NCBI GenBank assembly: GCA_900549065.1
Contig: URNC01000001.1
Location: forward strand, 1-56,885
DNA from: an uncultured Collinsella sp.
GTDB lineage: Bacteria > Actinomycetota > Coriobacteriia > Coriobacteriales > Coriobacteriaceae
Direction of reading: 5' to 3'
Length of the DNA: 56,885 nt
How positions within the stretch are numbered: the first letter of the stretch is position 1; each line of letters starts with the position of its first letter. Positions 50,817 to 56,885 of this stretch are shown here, one piece after another. Both the position numbers and the translations under genes were made by a program. The notes beneath the pieces are model-generated. The model was not told where the DNA came from, searched no databases, and worked only from the letters and a program-made list of their open reading frames with translations.

Positions 50817-51458
50817 CTAGCTGCGGACCTTCTTGACGACGTCCATGGCCTCGCGGGCGATCTGCTCGACCTTGGAGAAGTCGCCGTCGGCAAACAGGGC
50901 CGGCTTGACCATCCAGGTGCCACCGCAGGCGATGATGGCGGAGGAGCTCAGGTACTCCTCGACGTTGGCGGTGCTCACGCCGCCGGTAGGCATAAAGCGG
51001 TGACCGACAAACGGAGCGGCGAGGGCCTTGATGGTGTTCAGGCCGCCATACTGGGACGCGGGGAAGAACTTGGTGACCTTGAGGCCCAGGTTCTCGGCTG
51101 CGGTGACCTCGGAGGGGGTCACGGTGCCGGGAAGGACGGGCAGCTCGATGTCGATGCAATGCTTCACGACGTCCTCGTTGTAACCCGGGGAGACGATGAA
51201 CTTGGCACCGGCGGCGCGGGCCTGCTCAACCTGCTCGACGGTCAGGACAGTGCCGGCGCCAACGCACATCTCGGGCTCGGCCTCGGCCATAGCGGCGATG
51301 CACTCGGCGGCGCAGGCGGTGCGGAAGGTGACCTCGGCGGACTTCATGCCAGCTGCCATAAGAGCGTGGGCGAGCGGGGCGGCGTCCTCGACCTTGTCGA
51401 GCACAACGACCGGCACGATGCCCAGGGACTCAAGCGTGGTGTAGAACTGATCGAACAT
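50817..51458 (-). CDS. eda: KDPG/KHG aldolase
   Basis: EVTFRT, GAGTVL, FIVSPG, KFFPA and FMPTGGV motifs. Confidence 0.95.
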   Translation of the reverse strand: MFDQFYTTLESLGIVPVVVLDKVEDAAPLAHALMAAGMKSAEVTFRTACAAECIAAMAEAEPEMCVGAGTVLTVEQVEQARAAGAKFIVSPGYNEDVVKHCIDIELPVLPGTVTPSEVTAAENLGLKVTKFFPASQYGGLNTIKALAAPFVGHRFMPTGGVSTANVEEYLSSSAIIACGGTWMVKPALFADGDFSKVEQIAREAMDVVKKVRS

Positions 51459-51507
51459 GATGTTCCTTTCGATGTGTGGCGCGCATGGGCGCGTGATTAC
51501 CAAATGT

Positions 51508-51697
51508 GCTGGTCAGGAGCCGATTTTGGATTGGTTATCGGAGGCACCGCTTGGGGTTCAAGCAATTCCAAAACCGGCTGCTCGACCAGTCATGTAGGGA
51601 ATGCCAGGCAAAACCGGAATGGGACTGGTGGTTTTGCCCGGCCGGAGGAATCGGGGAGCGGGCCGCAGGGGTATGGGATTGGAAAGCTGCGGCCCGC
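51508..51697 (-). ncRNA. Putative structured RNA, copy B (kdgK-eda intergenic)
   Basis: Shares GGTTATCGGAGGCAC and CCGGAATGGGACT with copy A, enclosed by stems with compensatory changes. Confidence 0.6.
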
Positions 51698-51711
51698 GGA
51701 ATGGAGACGGA

Positions 51712-52746
51712 CTAGCGCGCGACGCGGGTGCCACCGTCGGCGGCTGATGCTACGGCTGCGATCTCGTCTGCGGTCACCAAGTTGGAGTCGCCCTTGATGG
51801 TGAGCTTGAGGATCGAAGCCGCAATCGCGTAGTTGACGGCAGCCTGCGGATCGAAGTCGTTGATGAGGGCGTGGACCAGGCCGGCGTTGAAAGCGTCGCC
51901 GGCGGCAACACCCTCAAGCACGTGCACATCGTGAGCAGGGGAGAACCAGTGCTCGCCGCTCTCGGCGTCATAGAGCATGCCCATCCAGATGGAGCGCTCG
52001 ACGCAGGAGATGTTGCGGACGACCGAAGCGACCTTCTTGCAGCCGTACTCGGCGCAAATCTGACGGGCCATCTCGACATAGGTGTCACGTTCCTCGATGC
52101 CGTGGGCAAGGGAGCCGGAGACGCAGGTCATGCCGAGGCCGGCGGGTGCGTCCTCGTCGTTGGCGATGCAGATGTCGACGAGCGGCAGGAGTTCCTTCAT
52201 GGTGGCCTGCGACTTCTCGGGCGACCACATCTTGCCGCGATAATTCACGTCGCACACGGTGGTGATGCCCCTGGCGCGGCAGACGGCGAGCGCCTCCTTG
52301 CAGGCGGCGGCCATCTCGTCGGAGACGGCGGGGGTCACGCCGGAGAAGTAGAAGACATCGATGCCCTTGAGGATCTCGTCCCAGTCAAAAACATCGCGCT
52401 TGGCCATGTTGATGGCAGAGAACTTGCGGTCGTAGACACAGCCGTTGCCGCGCTGCGAGGCACCGACCTCAAAGACATAGGAGCCAAGGCGGTCGCCCTG
52501 ACGCACGACGCGTGTGGTGTCGACGTCGTAGACCTTCAGCGAACGCAGGGCGCACTCGCCCAGACGGTTGGCCGGGACAACGGAGACGTAAGCTGCCTTG
52601 TCGCCCTGGTAGGCCAGGGAAAGAGCGGTGTTGGCCTCGGCGCCGCCATAGCGGACGTCAAACTCGGTTGCCTGCTCAATGCGCAGATGATCTTTGGGCG
52701 AGAGCCTCATCATGATTTCGCCGAAGGTAAGAACCGTTTTACCCAT
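51712..52746 (-). CDS. kdgK: 2-keto-3-deoxygluconate kinase (PfkB family)
   Basis: FGEIMMRL, GGAEAN, E.GASQR, DVNYRGKMW and AGDAFNAG motifs; upstream of eda. Confidence 0.88.
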   Translation of the reverse strand: MGKTVLTFGEIMMRLSPKDHLRIEQATEFDVRYGGAEANTALSLAYQGDKAAYVSVVPANRLGECALRSLKVYDVDTTRVVRQGDRLGSYVFEVGASQRGNGCVYDRKFSAINMAKRDVFDWDEILKGIDVFYFSGVTPAVSDEMAAACKEALAVCRARGITTVCDVNYRGKMWSPEKSQATMKELLPLVDICIANDEDAPAGLGMTCVSGSLAHGIEERDTYVEMARQICAEYGCKKVASVVRNISCVERSIWMGMLYDAESGEHWFSPAHDVHVLEGVAAGDAFNAGLVHALINDFDPQAAVNYAIAASILKLTIKGDSNLVTADEIAAVASAADGGTRVAR

Positions 52747-52790
52747 GGTCGCGCAGCTCCTTCTTGCTCGTGCGTACACCTTTGATATGG

Positions 52791-52895
52791 CGTTGGCGCG
52801 GAGGTGCCAAGACGGTAGGGTACATCTTTGCACCTCCGCGCCAACGCTTGCCGAAATCGGTTTACGAAATCGGTTTCGTTTCGAGTTGTAGTATA
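52791..52895 (-). promoter_or_regulatory. kdgK promoter/operator with 5' hairpin
   Basis: TATACT at 52890-52895, GAAATCGGTTT sites at 52853 and 52866, and an 18-bp perfect stem at 52791-52848. Confidence 0.75.
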
Positions 52896-52981
52896 CTCAC
52901 CTACAGCGTTTTGCAAGCGAGATTTTTAAAAAAATGTCTAAAATGGCTCAGACTGCTGACAATTGGGAAACGGGGTGCGCC

Positions 52982-54004
52982 ATGGCGCAGATGAGAATCA
53001 AGGACATTGCCGCCGAGGCGGGTGTGAGCCCGGCCACGGTCTCGCGCTATCTCAACAACCGTCCCGGGCAAATGACCGAGGAGACCCGCGCCCGCATCGC
53101 CGAGGTCATCGAGCGCACCGGCTATCGCCCACGTGCTGCCGCGCGCAATCTGCGCAGCTCGCGTACCAACCTCATCGGTGTGATCCTGGCCGACATCGCC
53201 AACCCGTTCTCGAGCGCCATGCTTGAAGGACTTTCCGCCAGCGCCGCCGCGCGCGGCTGCTCGCTCATGACGGCCATTAGCGGCAACGACCCCGCTAAGG
53301 AGGCCGAGTCGCTCGCCAGACTTATCGATGCTGACGTGGACGGCCTGGTCGTCAACACCTGCGGAGGCAACGACAAGGCGATCGCCGCGGCCGCGGGGCG
53401 CCTGCCCGTTGTGCTGCTCGACCGCGACGTTGCCGACGGCGGTGTCGATCTGGTGACATCTAACAACCGTGAGCTGGTCGCCGGCCTGGTAGACGCCTTG
53501 ACCGCCGCTGGCAGCGAGCGCCTGTGCCTGCTCACCGAGGCAAGCGACGACAGCCCCGTGCGTCGCAAGCGCGCCGAGGCCTTTACCGACGAGCTTTTGC
53601 ACCGCGGCCTTGCCGGCGAGGTCGTCACCCTGGCCGACGGGGGCGCCACGGGCGTCGGCCGCCTGGACGAGACCATCCGCGGCTATGCAGGTAAAAAGCT
53701 CGGCCTCATTGCTGTCAACGGCTTGGTTTTCCTGCGTCTGACCGAGGCGCTAGCGCAGCTGGGACCCTCGCTGCCGGCGGGGCTCAAGATCGCGACGTTT
53801 GACGACTACCCCTGGAACCATGTGCTCTTTGGTGGCGTGACCACGGCCGCGCAGGACACCCTCACCATTGCCGAGCGCGTAGTCGAGCGCCTTTCCGAGC
53901 GCATCGACGTTGTTACCACCACCGTGGGCGAGGCCGCAAAGCTCGCCCCCAAGCGTATCGAGGTCCCCGGCCACATCGAACACCGCGCCTCGACCTCTCG
54001 CTAG
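52982..54004 (+). CDS. LacI family regulator, KdgR-like
   Basis: IKDIAAEAGVSPATVSRYLN and ADIANPFS; divergent from kdgK-eda. Confidence 0.9.
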   Translation: MAQMRIKDIAAEAGVSPATVSRYLNNRPGQMTEETRARIAEVIERTGYRPRAAARNLRSSRTNLIGVILADIANPFSSAMLEGLSASAAARGCSLMTAISGNDPAKEAESLARLIDADVDGLVVNTCGGNDKAIAAAAGRLPVVLLDRDVADGGVDLVTSNNRELVAGLVDALTAAGSERLCLLTEASDDSPVRRKRAEAFTDELLHRGLAGEVVTLADGGATGVGRLDETIRGYAGKKLGLIAVNGLVFLRLTEALAQLGPSLPAGLKIATFDDYPWNHVLFGGVTTAAQDTLTIAERVVERLSERIDVVTTTVGEAAKLAPKRIEVPGHIEHRASTSR

Positions 54005-54057
54005 TCGCTCGTTCGCAACGGCCTGTTCGCGCACGTTTTTTGAGCGCTTGATACGCT

Positions 54058-54073
54058 TTAACCCTGCGGAAAC
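54058..54073 (+). promoter_or_regulatory. Candidate GlnR box
   Basis: TTAAC-N6-GAAAC, matching the actinobacterial gTnAc-n6-GaAAc pattern, upstream of the glnA-like/glnR pair. Confidence 0.6.
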
Positions 54074-54138
54074 ATTTTTCTGCGATAGTATCTGCGATAT
54101 AGACCAGTCGAAACCCGCCCGAAAGAAAGGGGAGCGAC

Positions 54139-55476
54139 ATGAACCAGCAGAACATCGATTACGTACTTCGCTCTGTAGAGCAGCGTGACATCCGCTTTGT
54201 GCGTCTGTGGTTTGTCGACATTCTCGGCCGCCTCAAGAACTTTGCCATTAGCCCCGAGGACCTCGAGGTCGCTTTTGAGGAGGGTATTGGCTTTGACGGC
54301 TCCGCCATCGAGGGCTTTGCCACGCCCGAGGAAGCCGACATGCTGGCGTTTCCCGATGCTTCGACCTTCCAGATTCTGCCGTGGCGCCCGAGCCACAACG
54401 GCGTCGCCCGCGTGTTCTGCGACGTATGCACTCCCGATCGCAAGCCGTTTGCCGGCGACCCGCGCGATGCCCTGCGCCGCATGTTCCGCAAGGCCGAGAA
54501 GGCTGGCTATCTGCTCAACGTGGGCGCCGAGCTGGAGTATTACTACTTCCCCGACGAGCACACCCCCGAGCCGCTCGACAACGTGGGCTACTTCGATCTT
54601 TCGGTGAGCGATGCCGCCCGCGACCTGCGCCGCAACACGGTCCTCACGCTCGAGAAGATGTCCGTGCCCGTGGAGTACACCTTCCATGCCGCCGGCCGCT
54701 CGCAGCACGGCATGAGCCTGCGCCACGCCGAGGCCCTGAGCATGTCCGACGCCATCACCACGGCCAAACTCATCATTAAGCAGCAGGCCTACGAGAGCGG
54801 TTGCCACGCATCCTTTATGCCCAAGCCGTTGGCAGGCGAGGACGGCAGCGCCATGTTCCTGTGCCAGTCGCTGTTCGACCACGACGGCAACAATGTCTTT
54901 TGGGGCGAGGACGACGAGAAGTACCACCTCTCTGACATCGCCAAGCACTACATGGCCGGCATCCTGGCGCACGCGCGCGAGATCAGCGCCATCACCAACC
55001 CCACGGTCAACTCGTACAAGCGCATCACCACGGGTGGCGACTCCGTGCCGCAGTACGCCACGTGGGGCCTGCGCAACCGCGCGAGTATGGTCCGCATCCC
55101 GGTCTACAAGCCCGGCAAGCAGCTGTCCACGCGCATCGAGCTGCGCAGTCCCGATCCCATGGCCAACCCGTACCTGGTCAACGCCGTCACGCTGGCGGCT
55201 GGTCTGGACGGCATCGAGCGCAAGCTGGAGCTCCCGCCCGAGGCAACGGCCGAGACGCTCAAGCTTACCGACCGTCAGATGGTCGAGGCCGGCTACACGC
55301 CGCTGCCGCGCTCGCTCAAAGAGGCGCTCGACGTGTTTGAGGACTCGCAGTTTATGAAGGATGCCCTCGGCGAGCACATCCACAGCTTCTTCCTCAAAAA
55401 GAAGCGCGACGAGTGGCATAAGTTTGAGTCCACGATCACCGAGTGGGAGATCAAGCACTACCTGGCGAACTCCTAA
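54139..55476 (+). CDS. Glutamine synthetase family protein with degenerate active site
   Basis: FDGSAIEGF, ELEYY, SFMPKP, NSYKR, NRASMVRIP and RIELRSPD present; several metal ligands substituted. Confidence 0.9.
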   Translation: MNQQNIDYVLRSVEQRDIRFVRLWFVDILGRLKNFAISPEDLEVAFEEGIGFDGSAIEGFATPEEADMLAFPDASTFQILPWRPSHNGVARVFCDVCTPDRKPFAGDPRDALRRMFRKAEKAGYLLNVGAELEYYYFPDEHTPEPLDNVGYFDLSVSDAARDLRRNTVLTLEKMSVPVEYTFHAAGRSQHGMSLRHAEALSMSDAITTAKLIIKQQAYESGCHASFMPKPLAGEDGSAMFLCQSLFDHDGNNVFWGEDDEKYHLSDIAKHYMAGILAHAREISAITNPTVNSYKRITTGGDSVPQYATWGLRNRASMVRIPVYKPGKQLSTRIELRSPDPMANPYLVNAVTLAAGLDGIERKLELPPEATAETLKLTDRQMVEAGYTPLPRSLKEALDVFEDSQFMKDALGEHIHSFFLKKKRDEWHKFESTITEWEIKHYLANS

Positions 55477-55526
55477 TCGCGCTGGCTTGTTCCAGTACGA
55501 TTGAGCTCATTTCTTTGGAGGCCGAT

Positions 55527-56189
55527 ATGTCCGAAAAGAGTGCCCTGTTCATGGCGCGCACGACGCGCTTCCACGAGTTTGCCCGCAGTTTGACGACCAC
55601 CCTGGGTGTCGAGGTGAGCCTGGCCACGCCCGATTCGCCGACTGCGGCGCACGACTTTGACCTGCTGATCCTCGATTCCGACGGCATCCGCAGCGACCGC
55701 ATCGATCAGATTGCCAAGTGGCTTGACGATCGCGGCGGCGTCCCCATGTTGGTGATCGTCGACGACGAGGCCCTTGGCACCCTGCGCCTGCCGAATCACG
55801 CGCATGCCGACTTTGTGTGCCCCACGGCGACGCCCAACGAGCTTAAGGCTCGTGCGCAGCGCCTGATGGGCGAGGAGGAGACCGTCACCGCCGACGATGT
55901 GCTCAACATCGATAACCTCGAGATTAACCTGGCTACCTACCAGGTGACGCTCGATAACGAGCCTATCGACCTGACGCTGATGGAGTACTCGCTGCTGAGC
56001 TTTTTGGCGACGCATCCCAACCGCGCCTACAGCCGCGAAGTGCTGCTGCACCGCGTGTGGGGCTTTGAGTACTGCGGCGGCACGCGCACCGTCGACGTGC
56101 ACATTCGACGCATCCGTTCCAAGGTGGGCCCGCAGATCGCAGCACATATCACCACCGTCCGTGGCGTGGGTTATCTGTTTAAGGACTAG
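55527..56189 (+). CDS. glnR: GlnR-like orphan OmpR-family response regulator
   Basis: LTLMEYSLL, GGTRTVDVHIRRIRSK and TVRGVGY wHTH; atypical receiver domain; no kinase adjacent; next to the glnA-like gene. Confidence 0.75.
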   Translation: MSEKSALFMARTTRFHEFARSLTTTLGVEVSLATPDSPTAAHDFDLLILDSDGIRSDRIDQIAKWLDDRGGVPMLVIVDDEALGTLRLPNHAHADFVCPTATPNELKARAQRLMGEEETVTADDVLNIDNLEINLATYQVTLDNEPIDLTLMEYSLLSFLATHPNRAYSREVLLHRVWGFEYCGGTRTVDVHIRRIRSKVGPQIAAHITTVRGVGYLFKD

Positions 56190-56397
56190 CTTTTCACCAC
56201 AAAGGGGACAGGCACCTTCGTGGTGGTTTTGCCGCAGATGCGGGTTCCTTTCGGGTCTGCGGCAGAACTTAAGCCTTCCTAAAAGATTGCGTTCTCATAC
56301 ACGTTCGCCCGCATATTGGGGTACAACTCAACGTGAACAATGATGGCCCGCCACATGTTTGGCGGGCCTTTGGTTATTTGACGAAAGGATCGCAGCT

Positions 56398-56885
56398 ATG
56401 AGCGAGTACGATTCCCAGCATCCCCAGGATGCGGGCCACGCCGGCGAGACTCAGCAGCAACCGCGCGTACAGGTTGAGTCGACGCCTGCCGACGGCAACA
56501 TTCCCTACGTGCAGGCCTACGACACGCAGACCGGCAAGCCGCTCGTCGGTCAGCAGGTCGTGAACAAGCACACGGTGGTCAAGACCAAGACCAAAAAGCT
56601 GCCGATTTTTATTACGGCACTCGCCGGCTGTGCCTGCGGCGCCCTGCTGGTCATTGCGCTCATTATGAGTGGCACGCTCAATATCGGTGGCGGCAAGAAT
56701 GCCGTGACGGCGGGTGCTTCGGGCTCATCGACGCAAAAGATTACGATCGATTCCGAGGACACCACGCTGGCCGAGGCCGTTTCTGCCAAGGCCCTGCCCT
56801 CCGTGGTTTCCATTACCGCCACTTCGAGCGGTGGCCAGAATGGCTCGCTTTCGCAGTCTGCCGACGAGTCGGATAGTTCGGGCAG
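56398..56885 (+). CDS. HtrA/DegP-like membrane-anchored serine protease, 3'-truncated
   Basis: Open frame from ATG 56398 (GAAAGGA RBS) to the window end: cytoplasmic tail, one TM helix, then AVSAKALPSVVSI; absent from the ORF track because it has no stop. Confidence 0.72.
   Translation, partial: MSEYDSQHPQDAGHAGETQQQPRVQVESTPADGNIPYVQAYDTQTGKPLVGQQVVNKHTVVKTKTKKLPIFITALAGCACGALLVIALIMSGTLNIGGGKNAVTAGASGSSTQKITIDSEDTTLAEAVSAKALPSVVSITATSSGGQNGSLSQSADESDSSG

Overview
GC-rich actinobacterial chromosome segment; gene content and style suggest a gut Coriobacteriia such as Collinsella (inference). The first 36 nt contain a Nextera/Tn5 adapter artefact. Gene order: partial ppc; a nickel-pincer lactate racemase locus (larA, larD-like channel, convergent larB-larC-tetR); serB; aspS; a LacI regulator divergent from an ebgA-ebgC-ygjI operon; an HPr paralogue; feoA-feoA-feoB plus a Cys-rich partner; then a ~32 kb pectin-oligomer/hexuronate/sugar-acid island. 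The island holds LacI, uxaC-uxaB-uxaA, a TogT-like transporter, GH28, three esterase genes including a CE8 fusion, GH105, DhuI/DhuD-like enzymes, GntP, an IlvD/Edd dehydratase, kdgK, eda and three more regulators, with two flavo-oxidoreductases, an AAA ATPase and yczE interspersed. The window ends with a degenerate glnA-like gene, glnR and partial htrA. Strongest non-coding signals: (1) a duplicated multi-hairpin minus-strand RNA-like element with compensatory stem changes and invariant C-rich loops (49272-49505, 51508-51697, 52791-52848), linked to a shared operator and -10 box; (2) a long hairpin element with a conserved internal loop, followed by a strong strand-specific G+T skew that extends into synonymous sites of tetR; (3) several families of dispersed inverted repeats; (4) readable operator sets for four regulons. 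No tRNA, rRNA, CRISPR array or transposase was seen.
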